Shown piece by piece: positions 1 to 10,398 of a stretch of 64,000 nt of DNA. The stretch is from a virus (taxonomy: Duplodnaviria > Caudoviricetes). Location: positions 1-64,000 of the IMG/VR virus record IMGVR_UViG_3300025723_000017; one strand, written 5' to 3'. The notes beneath the pieces were generated by a model, which searched no databases, had not been told where the DNA came from, and was given only the letters and a program-made list of their open reading frames with translations. The position numbers and the translations under genes are program-made. Positions within the stretch are counted from its first letter, which is position 1. Every line of letters begins with the position of its first letter.

Positions 1-2
1 GC

Positions 3-986
3 GTAACTGCTTATAACGTAGCTGCTGCAAACATCACAGGTAATGTGTTGTCAAGCAATGTTACTTCAAGTAGCTTAACTGCTGTTGGTACTTTAGCTAA
101 CTTAGCTGTAAGCACATTTATTACTGCAACTGATATTTCAGCAAGTGGTAACGTAAGTGCAACAGGTAATGTATATGCTGGCAACGTAAGTGCTACTGGT
201 AATGTATATGGCACTATGGTTGGTGATTTATACGGTAACGTATTTGCTACTAACGTAAGTGCAACTGGTGCTGTTAGTGCTGCTGGTAATATTACTGCTG
301 GTACTGCATTCTTTGCTGATGCTGCTGCTAATATTGTTGTTGTTGGTAATACAACAGTAACAACAGGCGCTACATTTGCTGTTAATGCTACTGACTCGAT
401 GTTAATTCCAGTTGGTAACACAGCTCAACGTCCAGTTACTGCTGCCGTTGGTATGTTACGTTACAACAGCACAACATCAAGTTGTGAAGTTTGGAACGGC
501 GCAGCATGGGTAGCTGTTGGTGGATCTGCATACACTGTTATTGCTAATGATTCATTCACAGGTGACGGTACTACTACACAGTTTACTTTAGGTTCAAGTC
601 AGACAACATTAAGCTGTATTGTTACTATCAATGGTGTGGTACAAGCTCCAACAACAGCATACGCTGTAAGCGGAACTTACCCAACTTGTGTATTGACATT
701 TACTGAAGCTCCAATGGTTGCTGATATAATTGAAGTACGTGAAATCACTACTACAACTACTGTAACTGCTATTAGTAACTCAACTGGTAGTTCTGTTGTT
801 TCTGTACAAGAAACAAGAGGCGAAGTTGATATTACTGGTAACTTAGTTGCTCAGCTTAATGCTGCTGCTCCTAGCTTATCAACTAACTCAACTATGTCAT
901 TCCAGTTAGTTAATAATACAACTTTAGCTGTAATAGTACGTGGTACAGATGGTACAACAAGAACTGCAACTTTAACATTAGCTTAA
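3..986 (+). CDS. Tail fibre / virion structural protein, 5'-truncated by window edge
   Basis: Frame is open from the window start. G/N/V/T/A-rich with repeated NVSATGNVY units and an 'IPVGNTAQRP..GMLRYN..EVWNG' fibre module. Confidence 0.7.
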   Translation, partial: VTAYNVAAANITGNVLSSNVTSSSLTAVGTLANLAVSTFITATDISASGNVSATGNVYAGNVSATGNVYGTMVGDLYGNVFATNVSATGAVSAAGNITAGTAFFADAAANIVVVGNTTVTTGATFAVNATDSMLIPVGNTAQRPVTAAVGMLRYNSTTSSCEVWNGAAWVAVGGSAYTVIANDSFTGDGTTTQFTLGSSQTTLSCIVTINGVVQAPTTAYAVSGTYPTCVLTFTEAPMVADIIEVREITTTTTVTAISNSTGSSVVSVQETRGEVDITGNLVAQLNAAAPSLSTNSTMSFQLVNNTTLAVIVRGTDGTTRTATLTLA

Positions 987-1011
987 TTGCTAGTTAATTA
1001 GTGTAGTAATT

Positions 1012-1040
1012 CATAATAGGGCCCTAGTGGCCCTATTATG
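1012..1040 (+). terminator. Stem-loop, probable intrinsic terminator
   Basis: CATAATAGGGCC-ctagt-GGCCCTATTATG perfect 12-bp stem just after the stop codon; T tail is weak. Confidence 0.6.
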
Positions 1041-1069
1041 TTGATTGAACAATCATAGCCACAATTAAA

Positions 1070-1076
1070 CTAAATA
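1070..1076 (+). promoter_or_regulatory. T4-like late promoter (CTAAATA)
   Basis: TAAATA core upstream of a structural gene; the motif recurs before most structural genes in the window. Confidence 0.6.
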
Positions 1077-1100
1077 ATGTTAATATTTTAGGAAATAATA

Positions 1101-2780
1101 ATGGGACTAACCCGAATTCGAGCTGGTCAGATATCAAATATCGACTATAAGCAATCAGTTAGAGTTAATTCAACTGTAAATGTTGGATTAACAAATGGTA
1201 CACCAAATACAGTTGATGGAGTAAGTCTTGTAGCAGGTGATAGGATTTTAGTAACTGGGCAGTCAACTGCCAGTCAAAATGGACTTTATGATGTAACCAT
1301 AGTTGGATCTGGCAGCAACGGCACTTGGGTACGCACAAGCGATGCTAACGCTACTGGTGAAATTGCAGCTGGTATGATTGTAATGGTAACTGAAGGTACG
1401 CTTTGGGCAGATACTTCTTGGAAATTGGTGACAAATGACCCTATAGTTGTTGGTACTACTGGACTACAATTTTTATTAAATACTGGCAATAGCATCAGCG
1501 TTATCAACGCAAATGGTACTCCAGTAATAGCCAGCGGTGTTAGCTCAACAGTTAATTTTACTTCCGGTAATAATTTATTAATAACTGGCAATAATACATC
1601 AGAAACTATTACTTTTGCAGTTTCAAATAATCCAAGTTTTACTGGAAACATTGTCGGAGCATCATTTACCACAACTGGAACGGGCGGTAATATAACCGGC
1701 GCAAATGTTGTGCTGGCCAACGTAGTCAGTGCAACAGGCAATGTATATGCGGGTAATATTATTACAACTGGGGCAATTACATCAGGCACATTTTCTGGAA
1801 ATTTGGTTCCATCAGTTGATAATGCTTATATTTTAGGCAATGCTACTAATCGTTGGGCTAATTTATGGCTGGGACCAGGTACACTTTATATCACTGATTC
1901 TGCCAATGTTGCCAATGTAGCTGAATTAACTGTTAAAAATGGTATACTGCAAGTTAACGGTGCTACTGGTCTTACTGCTAACTTGATATCTGGTAACAGC
2001 ACAATAACTTTAGCCAATTCAGGAAATATCACATTAAACGCTGCTGGATCAGGAAATACAATGGTTGTTAGCTCATTCGGAACAGCAATTCAGGGCAACT
2101 TATCAGTATCGGGTAATGTTACAGCAGCTGGCGCTAATACACAAGTACAATTTAACAACAGCGGTAACTTAGCTGCTACATCGGCATTTACATTTAATAC
2201 TGTTGGCAATGTATTAAGCGTAACTGGTAACGTGGCAGCTGCCAATGTAAGTGCAAGCGGAAATGTGTATATCGCCGGTGACTTATCAGTAGCAGGAAAT
2301 ATTAACTTTGTTCCCGGGACCTATGGAAGTTTTGCTAACATTACCGCCATAACGGCATCGGCTGATAATACCGCTTATCCTATATTATTATCAACAGCAC
2401 TTGCCAATTCTGGTGTTTCGTTAGGTAGTGGCACAAGTAACAGTAGAGTAATAATCAGCAAAGCTGGCACCTACAGAGTACAATACGATGTTGGGTATAC
2501 AGTAAGTGGAGGCACGCCTGTGGGATATTTCTGGTTAAGGAAAAATGGAGCAGATATTCCCTATAGTCAGACCAGCGTTGCAGGCACAAATAACACAATT
2601 ATACAACTTACTGGAGATTTTATTGTTACAGCAGCAGCAAATGACTATATTGAACTGTATTGGGCAACAGCTAATCACAATCAAGCTTCATTAGCATACA
2701 CAGCGGCTCAAACTACTCCATTTGCTATGCCAGCCAGTCCATCAGTAATTGTGACAGTAACACCAGTAAGCGTATATTAG
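1101..2780 (+). CDS. Tail fibre-like structural protein
   Basis: N-terminal 'DYKQSVRV..DGVSLVAGDRILV..Q..SQNGLY..WVRTSDA' phage fibre module, GN-rich beta repeats, C-terminal beta-sandwich; AGGA RBS. Confidence 0.7.
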   Translation: MGLTRIRAGQISNIDYKQSVRVNSTVNVGLTNGTPNTVDGVSLVAGDRILVTGQSTASQNGLYDVTIVGSGSNGTWVRTSDANATGEIAAGMIVMVTEGTLWADTSWKLVTNDPIVVGTTGLQFLLNTGNSISVINANGTPVIASGVSSTVNFTSGNNLLITGNNTSETITFAVSNNPSFTGNIVGASFTTTGTGGNITGANVVLANVVSATGNVYAGNIITTGAITSGTFSGNLVPSVDNAYILGNATNRWANLWLGPGTLYITDSANVANVAELTVKNGILQVNGATGLTANLISGNSTITLANSGNITLNAAGSGNTMVVSSFGTAIQGNLSVSGNVTAAGANTQVQFNNSGNLAATSAFTFNTVGNVLSVTGNVAAANVSASGNVYIAGDLSVAGNINFVPGTYGSFANITAITASADNTAYPILLSTALANSGVSLGSGTSNSRVIISKAGTYRVQYDVGYTVSGGTPVGYFWLRKNGADIPYSQTSVAGTNNTIIQLTGDFIVTAAANDYIELYWATANHNQASLAYTAAQTTPFAMPASPSVIVTVTPVSVY

Positions 2781-2788
2781 AGGAATTT

Positions 2789-3451
2789 ATGGAAGCAAGA
2801 TATAGACAAGATTATCCAGGTGAATTTGTAATCACTCATTCAAAATGGGCTGGTGGCAAAAAACAAGAAACACGCGAGTGGATTGAAAATCCCATTGATA
2901 ACCAACACTTGTCAGGTCGTGCGGCTGTTATAGGCAGCAGTGATGATAGAGATAGATTTGATTATCGAAGATTGGAAAAACATCGTGGCGGACTGCTAAG
3001 TAGTTTGAAATTACAAACGTATGGTACTGCTAAAATTGCACTCGAAATGCGCTTAGATTTTGCAGTTGATATTGACTTTGACAATTTACAACCGTTAATT
3101 GATAACAAATACGTAGAAAACAATATTGTGTACACTAGTTCTAAAAATTGTATACGAAATCCTGGTGAATTTTATTTAATTCCATTAAATCCACACCTAT
3201 GTACTGAAGTATTGCCAATTTATCTAGCAGCGTTTGATGGACATACAGAAATTTATTTACATGGGTATAGTAAAGAAAGTCCAATTCTACATCAAAGTTG
3301 GATAATACAAGTTACTAATATTATAAATGCATATTCAAATATTAAATTTTTTATTGTAGGTAACGAATTTAATATGCCTGATGAATGGTTAGAATGTAGC
3401 AATACCAAAGTAATGGATTTTAGAGATTTTATAACTTATTGCGATGTTTGA
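2789..3451 (+). CDS. Hypothetical protein (Rossmann-like; 'AAFDGHTEIYLHGY' motif)
   Basis: 220-aa ORF with GAGG RBS; function not assignable. Confidence 0.6.
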   Translation: MEARYRQDYPGEFVITHSKWAGGKKQETREWIENPIDNQHLSGRAAVIGSSDDRDRFDYRRLEKHRGGLLSSLKLQTYGTAKIALEMRLDFAVDIDFDNLQPLIDNKYVENNIVYTSSKNCIRNPGEFYLIPLNPHLCTEVLPIYLAAFDGHTEIYLHGYSKESPILHQSWIIQVTNIINAYSNIKFFIVGNEFNMPDEWLECSNTKVMDFRDFITYCDV

Positions 3452-3873
3452 AGTTGTTGTTGTATAACTGCTATTTTTTCACGTACTGCTTCAAAATTTA
3501 TTGTTGACCACAATCCCGGATGTAATGGTTTAGGCCAAGTGCCTGAATCAATCCAAGCATATCCCAAATGCTCATTATTGAGTGTAGGTTTGAATTCATC
3601 AAACACCACACAAAAAAATGTATTGTAAACAAATCCATTATCAGCTGATGTAAATTTCTCTAACGGCATAAGTTTAATATAATCTGGCATGCCACCTAAT
3701 TCTTCTTCACATTCTCGAACCATTGCAGCCATAATGCTTTCCCCTGATTCGATTTTACCTCCCGCCAAACCCCATGAGTCAGGATGCTTAGAATCATTCC
3801 TAAGCAAGTATAGATAACGATTTGTTGTTTGACTATAAAACCAAACGCCCACTGCTGAAATTGTATTATTCAT
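3436..3873 (-). CDS. Nudix hydrolase
   Basis: Nudix box GGKIESGESIMAAMVRECEEELG. Start placed at 3873 because of the TAATG overlap with the upstream stop. Confidence 0.9.
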   Translation of the reverse strand: MNNTISAVGVWFYSQTTNRYLYLLRNDSKHPDSWGLAGGKIESGESIMAAMVRECEEELGGMPDYIKLMPLEKFTSADNGFVYNTFFCVVFDEFKPTLNNEHLGYAWIDSGTWPKPLHPGLWSTINFEAVREKIAVIQQQLQTSQ

Positions 3874-5273
3874 TAAATGATAAGAGCCCATTGCCCACCT
3901 GGATATAGGCCTTGGAATGATTTAATCCAGTTATAACCGGTCCATTTGTACTGTATTTCTGTAACAATATTAGTAACATATTGTGTATTTACAACAGAAG
4001 AATCAGAGTTAAAAGAAATTATCCAACGACTTCCGTCATATTCTATAATATCATTAACATGTGCAACTAAAATCTCCCCTGCTGTTCCGGCCCATGCTTG
4101 TGCATATCCATTGTCACTGCCTGTAGATTCTGTTAACAAATAACGTTGTCCTATAGTAGCAACAGGTAATCCCTCGCCGGGCCCACTAACTAAAGGATTG
4201 ATAACTGAATTAACTGGCGACATGGTATTAGACGGAATTGAATCTTCCATTACTGAAAATAATAAAAATTGGTCATTTGTTGGATCATAACTTACTGTTC
4301 CGTAAACCTGGCTACCATCTTCTTGAGTTAATGCTATTAGACTAATACCCGGACGTAATGTTCCATACATATTAACAACTGGTGTCCACAAAATATCGCT
4401 AGGTTCTACAGCATTTGGCGGAGGCAGTTGATTATTATTTTCGTCGACTACAGCTGAACGTGCTAAAATTTGTAATTTATTGCCAATTAATACAACTTGA
4501 TATCCATATGGGGTAATATACTGTCGAGTGCCTAATAATAAATCATTATTAGCAATCGCATTAACTAAATCTCCCGATCCGTCGTAAATAGATGCAATGA
4601 TAGTTTCCACTACTCCTAATTTTTTAACTTTAGCAGGTAATGATAGCCAAACTGGCAGAGCAAATTTGATAGTAGAAATGTCGATTGGATCTTCTGAGCC
4701 CATTGGAATTGATTTACTACTCCATCCTGTGCTAACCAATTCTACAATACTTAAACTAGTCCAATCTAAAAAATTGTCTGTATTTTGTATTTCTAAACTG
4801 GGATTAAACAATGGTAAAATTTGCTCAAGTAATTGCATTTTTTGATTGGTATTAGATGTCCAAATATCTAAATTAATTGACAATTTATACGGGGCTGGCA
4901 TATAACGCTCAACCATAAACGCATTGCCTTGCGTAGTTTCATAAGTTCTTGTATTTTGATCGTATTCTCTTTGTCGAATAGATTTGTTATCAACATACGT
5001 GGGATTTTGCATACGTGGTCGATCAAAATCTAATCCAGTTATATAAAATGTCATTAATGGTGTTGACGGCATATTACTGGCGCTATTTTCTTGCAAAATG
5101 GTTTGAACTTGACGAGTACTATCTCCATATCTTACCGGCACACGATATAATGTATCGCCTGTACCAGGTGCGCCAGCTTCGTTACGCCCAAATTCTACTT
5201 GGAATCCGGAAAACATACGAGCGAATTGTGTTAGGTAACGGCGCAATTGTCCGTCATAGAAATAACTTTGCAT
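3873..5273 (-). CDS. Tail sheath stabiliser / tail completion protein (T4 gp15-like) with C-terminal extension
   Basis: 'YFYDGQLRRY..QF..F', 'VPVRYG', 'PAPYKL..L.I', 'QLLEQILPLFNP' match the gp15 family pattern. Confidence 0.75.
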   Translation of the reverse strand: MQSYFYDGQLRRYLTQFARMFSGFQVEFGRNEAGAPGTGDTLYRVPVRYGDSTRQVQTILQENSASNMPSTPLMTFYITGLDFDRPRMQNPTYVDNKSIRQREYDQNTRTYETTQGNAFMVERYMPAPYKLSINLDIWTSNTNQKMQLLEQILPLFNPSLEIQNTDNFLDWTSLSIVELVSTGWSSKSIPMGSEDPIDISTIKFALPVWLSLPAKVKKLGVVETIIASIYDGSGDLVNAIANNDLLLGTRQYITPYGYQVVLIGNKLQILARSAVVDENNNQLPPPNAVEPSDILWTPVVNMYGTLRPGISLIALTQEDGSQVYGTVSYDPTNDQFLLFSVMEDSIPSNTMSPVNSVINPLVSGPGEGLPVATIGQRYLLTESTGSDNGYAQAWAGTAGEILVAHVNDIIEYDGSRWIISFNSDSSVVNTQYVTNIVTEIQYKWTGYNWIKSFQGLYPGGQWALII

Positions 5274-6625
5274 TATCGTCCTGGGGGTCTTGGGTTAGGT
5301 GGTAAATTTCCACCTTCGTTACCATTATCAGCTTGCGGTTTAAGCAGCTCAGATAATGATTGACGCGATGGTATATTGCCTTGATCACTAGTTGATACAG
5401 TATATGGATTATTAACAAAAGAACTACGTTGTGTAAGATTTTGTGTGCCCCAATCTAATGGAGTACGTACATCGTCACTGATGGCAATCCAATTACTACC
5501 GTTGAAACGAAACAGCCTATTAGGGAAATAATCTAATCGCAAGCAATAGTCGCCAGATGCAGGCCCAAGCGGAAAACTAACACCGGGCGTAACTGGTAAT
5601 CCGTTCGGAGCTAATTTATCTCCAGTTAAGTATCCCATAGTCCACCCGAAACTTTTTGGACTAGTACCTTCTCCTGACTGTGCTCCGTCGACAGTTGGAC
5701 TTGTTTGATCAGTAAATAATCCCTCGTTTGATGGCTGTTCGCTAGGTGTAGTTGGCAATATATAAAATGATACATTGTCGTAACCTGATAACGGAACATC
5801 AACATTGGCCTGTACAACTAATGCATCATTAATAGCTAAATCTTTTTTACGGGTCGAATTAACATCCCCTATAGTAGTGGGATTTTCAATCAATCCCCAA
5901 TATGCAGGATCATTTATATCAGTTCCGGGAGGAACATTTTTAGTGGCTTCATAAAATTTACCACCGTCATTCACTACCATACCCTGCGGATAAAAGTTTC
6001 CATTATCCCAAATGTTATCTGGCATTAAAGGCTGATTGGTAATTTGTTGATATTCCTGTGCATTAACCATAGGAGTAGCTTTAACACGCCATAAATGTGG
6101 CAACCAAGTTTGACTAAATCCCTCAGCAGCATAAGCAGCGTCTTGTATTACGTAGTATTTAGGCAAAGCTCTTGTAATATTTTGATTTAGTGGATAATAG
6201 TCCTTCATATTAGGTAATTCCAAAACATCGCCTGTCATCAATTTACGTCCATATGTATCAATCATATCATTGTAATGAAACGTAATGTATAGTGTATCGT
6301 TGTTTAAAAACAACCCAAATTGTGTTAAATCAAAGTTAATATCTTGATGCGTATAAACTCCACGCATGATATAAATGTTTGGGTCATAAGAACGATCTCT
6401 GTTTTCTAATAATAGCAAATCTTCGATGAAAAGAGGATTTTCTGAATTATAAACAGGCAGTGTGGCATTGGCATTACCGGGATTATCTGTAGTATCTACT
6501 ATTGGTCCCATGTATTTGTGAACAAATATATCGAGACCGCCAACAGTGTACTTTTCGGAAATTATACGATCCAAAAATTGATAATCATTAGTTCTATTAG
6601 GCCTATAAAGTGACAGTCTTGGCAT
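5273..6625 (-). CDS. Neck/head-completion protein (T4 gp14-like)
   Basis: Adjacent to the gp15-like gene and has a late promoter; 'LTQFGL', 'GDVLELP' segments; embedded CBM5/12-like motif. Confidence 0.55.
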   Translation of the reverse strand: MPRLSLYRPNRTNDYQFLDRIISEKYTVGGLDIFVHKYMGPIVDTTDNPGNANATLPVYNSENPLFIEDLLLLENRDRSYDPNIYIMRGVYTHQDINFDLTQFGLFLNNDTLYITFHYNDMIDTYGRKLMTGDVLELPNMKDYYPLNQNITRALPKYYVIQDAAYAAEGFSQTWLPHLWRVKATPMVNAQEYQQITNQPLMPDNIWDNGNFYPQGMVVNDGGKFYEATKNVPPGTDINDPAYWGLIENPTTIGDVNSTRKKDLAINDALVVQANVDVPLSGYDNVSFYILPTTPSEQPSNEGLFTDQTSPTVDGAQSGEGTSPKSFGWTMGYLTGDKLAPNGLPVTPGVSFPLGPASGDYCLRLDYFPNRLFRFNGSNWIAISDDVRTPLDWGTQNLTQRSSFVNNPYTVSTSDQGNIPSRQSLSELLKPQADNGNEGGNLPPNPRPPGR

Positions 6626-6632
6626 AGTCTAG

Positions 6633-6639
6633 TATTTAG
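6633..6639 (-). promoter_or_regulatory. Late promoter CTAAATA (minus strand)
   Basis: 7 nt upstream of the ATG at 6625. Confidence 0.6.
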
Positions 6640-6650
6640 TTAATTTATGG

Positions 6651-6679
6651 TTGACTATTAAATACATTCGATATATAAT
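6651..6679 (+). promoter_or_regulatory. Sigma70-type promoter
   Basis: TTGACT-17-TATAAT; ATG follows 6 nt later (leaderless). Confidence 0.75.
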
Positions 6680-6685
6680 TGCAAC

Positions 6686-6970
6686 ATGGATCAAATAAAC
6701 ACTTTCAATTACGGACTGCATGATATAGTAGATCGTTTATCAAAAGCAGAAAAACAGATAGTAACCTCTGTTAAAAACAAGAGATCTATTCGTGATCTGC
6801 AAAAAATGGTAAGGAATATTGATTCAATGGTAACTGAAATTAGTCGAGAATCAGTAGAATGCAGACGCCTTAATAAAGAAACTGCGCGATATAAAGATTT
6901 AATAGACTCAGCAGTACTTTTATTAGATAACTTAGAACAGTACATAACTTTGGCACTGTTATTAGGTTGA
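6686..6970 (+). CDS. Hypothetical helical protein
   Basis: 94-aa ORF directly after a sigma70 promoter. Confidence 0.65.
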   Translation: MDQINTFNYGLHDIVDRLSKAEKQIVTSVKNKRSIRDLQKMVRNIDSMVTEISRESVECRRLNKETARYKDLIDSAVLLLDNLEQYITLALLLG

Positions 6971-6995
6971 CATTTTTTAACTTAACACATATACT
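6967..6995 (+). promoter_or_regulatory. Sigma70-type promoter
   Basis: TTGACA-17-TATACT. Confidence 0.75.
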
Positions 6996-7004
6996 GTAGA
7001 TACT

Positions 7005-8150
7005 ATGACAAAAACACAACCTGTAATTAAACGTTTGACACCAAAAGGTGAAGATGCTAAATTTCTTGGTCCAGAACCAGAATGGAAAATCCAGCCAGAA
7101 GATGACTTTCGTATTGGTGCGTTAACCAAAGCATTTAATTGGTATAACTATTCCTATGGTAAAAAAGAAGCTAGAGATTTGATTATTCAATATTTTGAAT
7201 TAAATCAAAAACCTAAAGAAGCAAAAATAATGCGAGGCATTCCTGACAGTCGTGTTACACCTACTACTGGATGGATTTGCAGAATGACTGTATTAGGGCT
7301 TGTTCTCAAAGAACATGAACAATCTGTTTTAGATGAACATTTGTCAGTATTGCTAGCCGGTAAACAAATAGAAGAAAAAGCTCCAGTTTCCTCAGAAGAA
7401 ACTGCTCGACAAAAACTTACAATTCAAGACCATTTGAAGGAAAAAGCGTCTGAATGTGCAGGCGAATTAGAAGGAATGTATGATGAATTTGTTGAATCTG
7501 GAGCAAAATTAACAGCAAATTTCAAACCATTATCATTAATTCGTGGTATGAATATTGCTACACAAATGATTCCTAACATTACTGCCGTATGGAATTTAAG
7601 ATTAGCAGAACTTAATGAAGTTTTAGAAGGAAAAGATCCCCAATTGGTAGAGGGATATAGTCATCTTACTAAAACACAATTGAAAAATTGTACAAAATTT
7701 TGCGAAACAGTACTTGCTGATTGCCAATCTTATATTTCTCTTAAGAAAGTAGAACGTAAGCCACGGGCTAAAAAGGCAGTAAGTCCAGAACGTACAGCAA
7801 TAAAATTTAAATTCCTAAAAGAATTTGCAGAGTTGGAAATTAAATCATTGCCTCCTGCAAGTTTAGTTGGAGCAAGTGAAGCATTTTTATACGATGTTGC
7901 AAAACGTAAATTAGTTCATGTTATTGCTGATTCACATGCAGGTACGTTTACTATCAAAGGTTCTAGCTTAGTAGCATTTGATGCAGTAACTACAGTTCAA
8001 AAAACTTTAAGGAAACCTAAAGAGCAAATCAAATCTATTATGAGTGTAGGTAAACCGGCAGCTCGTAAGGCATTTAAAGACATTAAGGCTACTGAAATTA
8101 AATATAATGGACGTAGCAATGAAAATTTAGTTATCTTAAAGGCGTGGTAA
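7005..8150 (+). CDS. Hypothetical protein (basic C-terminus)
   Basis: 381-aa ORF after a sigma70 promoter. Confidence 0.75.
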   Translation: MTKTQPVIKRLTPKGEDAKFLGPEPEWKIQPEDDFRIGALTKAFNWYNYSYGKKEARDLIIQYFELNQKPKEAKIMRGIPDSRVTPTTGWICRMTVLGLVLKEHEQSVLDEHLSVLLAGKQIEEKAPVSSEETARQKLTIQDHLKEKASECAGELEGMYDEFVESGAKLTANFKPLSLIRGMNIATQMIPNITAVWNLRLAELNEVLEGKDPQLVEGYSHLTKTQLKNCTKFCETVLADCQSYISLKKVERKPRAKKAVSPERTAIKFKFLKEFAELEIKSLPPASLVGASEAFLYDVAKRKLVHVIADSHAGTFTIKGSSLVAFDAVTTVQKTLRKPKEQIKSIMSVGKPAARKAFKDIKATEIKYNGRSNENLVILKAW

Positions 8151-8180
8151 ATCTGCTAAATATATGGACCGGGAGTCCAT

Positions 8181-8951
8181 ATGGCAGAACAATCACAATC
8201 CACTTTAGAAACACTAAAACAGGATCTATTCGAATACGTTAGATATCAATTAGCCGACGAAATTATTGATATTGAACTAGATCCTGCTCATTTTGAGTCC
8301 GCTTATCGTAATACTATTGGCACTTATCGTCAACGGGCTCAAAATGCCTACGAAGAAAGTTACATCTTTATGGAATTGGTTACTAATGTAAACATTTATG
8401 ACCTACCCGATGAGGTTATTCAAGTTCGACAAATTTTTAGACGAACTTTTGGCGATTCAACTGGCCCTAATGCTTCAAATTTTGATCCTTTTAGTCAAGC
8501 TACATTAAATGTTTATTTAATGAACTTTAACGTAGCCGGCGGATTAGCTACATATGATTTTTATAGCCAGTACGTTGAATTAGCTGGACGTATGTTTGGT
8601 GCTTACATGAACTATACTTGGAATCCGGTTACCAAAAAACTACAACTTATACGTGATCCCAAAGGAGTTGGCGAAAATGTATTATTATGGACTTACAACT
8701 TAAAGCCTGAAGTAAATTTGTTGAGTGATTTTCAAATTCGTCAATGGTTACGTAATTTCATGTATGCTAATTGCAAAATGATTATCGGCGATGCCCGTGA
8801 AAAATTTGGTACAATAGCCGGCCCACAAGGCGGAACAAGTCTAAATGGTGCTGCCATGAAAGCCGATGCTAAAGAATTAATGGCACAATGTCTTGAAGAT
8901 TTAAAGAATTATGTAGATGGCAGTTTTCCGCTTACCTGGATAATTGGCTAA
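8181..8951 (+). CDS. Neck protein (T4 gp13-like)
   Basis: 'L..EIIDIEL', C-terminal 'G.AREKF..IAGPQGGTSLNG' typical of gp13; late promoter at 8156-8162. Confidence 0.8.
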   Translation: MAEQSQSTLETLKQDLFEYVRYQLADEIIDIELDPAHFESAYRNTIGTYRQRAQNAYEESYIFMELVTNVNIYDLPDEVIQVRQIFRRTFGDSTGPNASNFDPFSQATLNVYLMNFNVAGGLATYDFYSQYVELAGRMFGAYMNYTWNPVTKKLQLIRDPKGVGENVLLWTYNLKPEVNLLSDFQIRQWLRNFMYANCKMIIGDAREKFGTIAGPQGGTSLNGAAMKADAKELMAQCLEDLKNYVDGSFPLTWIIG

Positions 8952-9002
8952 TTGGATGAGAAAAGATTGACTTGAGTTATCGGATAGTATATAAATAGTA
9001 GT

Positions 9003-9827
9003 ATGAAAAACATACTACAAACCATTATCGATAACGATACATCCTATAATAAATCTGCTACCAGATACCTAGTTAGAACACATCCTGATCTCTGGCAACA
9101 GATATTAGTAAAGACAATCTTTCTACCAATTACTGCGAAACCCAAACAAAGAGTATGGCATATCTTAAACGATATATGGGAAATACCCAAATGTCCTGAA
9201 ACTGGACAGGAAGTTAAATGGTGGGAAAATAGATACCTAACCTATATTGATTTCAAATCAAGCAGAAAAGATGTAGCAAAAAAAGTTAGTGAAACTACAA
9301 AAGGAAGTGGGCATTGGCGCAGCAAAGATCCTGATAAATCGAAAAAAGCTAACAAAAATTTTACTAATGGATTCACAACAGGTGCGCATAAACCCTGGGA
9401 AGAACGCGATAGAGATCCAAAGGCGTATGCTGTAAAAGCGAAAGAAACCTGGCTTGAACAATACGGAGTAGATAATCCCAGTAAACTTAAAGAAGTGAAA
9501 GAAAAAATCTACCAGAAAGCGGTATCCCGAGGTTGCACTCGTCGTGAAGAAAGATCAGATCGCCGGATTTATTATGATGCTGTATGGAAATTTACAGAGG
9601 AAAGCTGGCGAAATCATTTTGACGATATAAATCCTACGAGATTAAATCGTTCGCATAATTCCCTGGATCATATCTATTCAATACAACAGGGTTTTCGTGA
9701 TTGCATACCACCATATATTATCGGACATTATACCAATCTACGTGTTATTAGTCTAAGCGAAAATGGTATTAAGGGTATGCGGTGTGATAAAACTCGAGAA
9801 GAATTATTTGAAGATTGTTTCGGTTAA
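9003..9827 (+). CDS. Putative HNH-type homing endonuclease
   Basis: C-terminal 'LDHIYSI..GF..GHYTNLRVI..SEN..KG' HNH-like motif and a 'YGVDNPSK' repeat; free-standing with its own promoter. Confidence 0.6.
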   Translation: MKNILQTIIDNDTSYNKSATRYLVRTHPDLWQQILVKTIFLPITAKPKQRVWHILNDIWEIPKCPETGQEVKWWENRYLTYIDFKSSRKDVAKKVSETTKGSGHWRSKDPDKSKKANKNFTNGFTTGAHKPWEERDRDPKAYAVKAKETWLEQYGVDNPSKLKEVKEKIYQKAVSRGCTRREERSDRRIYYDAVWKFTEESWRNHFDDINPTRLNRSHNSLDHIYSIQQGFRDCIPPYIIGHYTNLRVISLSENGIKGMRCDKTREELFEDCFG

Positions 9828-9834
9828 ACAATTG

Positions 9835-9864
9835 TTGACTATGATGTAATAGTATTGCTATAAT
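9835..9864 (+). promoter_or_regulatory. Sigma70-type promoter, extended -10
   Basis: TTGACT-18-TATAAT with TGn before the -10. Confidence 0.65.
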
Positions 9865-9870
9865 AGCAAT

Positions 9871-10398
9871 ATGAGCTTACATTTAATGATAGACATTGAA
9901 GGACTGGCCACTACACCAGATGCCACTATTTTAACGATTGCTGCACAATCGTTTGATCCATTTGGAACTGGATACTACGAAAAACATTTCTATTCTCGTG
10001 TGACTTTAGAAAGTCAAGAAGATCGAGTTATTAATGATCAAACTGTAACATGGTGGTCTACTCAGAGTGCAGAAGCACAAGAGGAAGCATTTAACGAAGA
10101 AAATCGTATTCCTTTAGACGATGCCTTAGATGAGCTATATAAAATTGCATGGCAACATGATTTTATCTGGGCAAATGGCCCGACATATGATATGAATATA
10201 TTAGAACATGCATATCGTTCAAGAAATAAAAAACAACCCTGGCAATATTACAAAATTCGAGACGCTCGTACGGTCTACAGTCTATGGCCTGATTGTCCGA
10301 AACCCCCTACATCACATCACGCATTAGAAGATTGTCGTCGTCAAATCGAAATGTTACAGAAAACTCTTAAGCACCTAAATGTAACGAAACTTAAATGA
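9871..10398 (+). CDS. 3'-5' exonuclease, DEDDh (DexA / Rv2179c-like)
   Basis: MIDIE, WANG..YD, RDART, HHALED motifs. Confidence 0.85.
   Translation: MSLHLMIDIEGLATTPDATILTIAAQSFDPFGTGYYEKHFYSRVTLESQEDRVINDQTVTWWSTQSAEAQEEAFNEENRIPLDDALDELYKIAWQHDFIWANGPTYDMNILEHAYRSRNKKQPWQYYKIRDARTVYSLWPDCPKPPTSHHALEDCRRQIEMLQKTLKHLNVTKLK

Noticed and set aside
147-270. Short tandem-like repeats (GGTAACGTAAGTGC...) that could suggest a CRISPR array or DGR repeat
   Set aside because: They are in-frame coding repeats (NVSATGNV) with synonymous variation; no unique spacers, cas genes or reverse transcriptase in the window.
11-1789. Minus-strand ORFs 11-421 and 1286-1789, and similar antisense or alternate-frame ORFs throughout (e.g. 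12912-13265, 21324-21725, 59527-59862)
   Set aside because: Shadows of long, codon-biased genes on the other strand or frame; no RBS, promoter or recognisable motifs.
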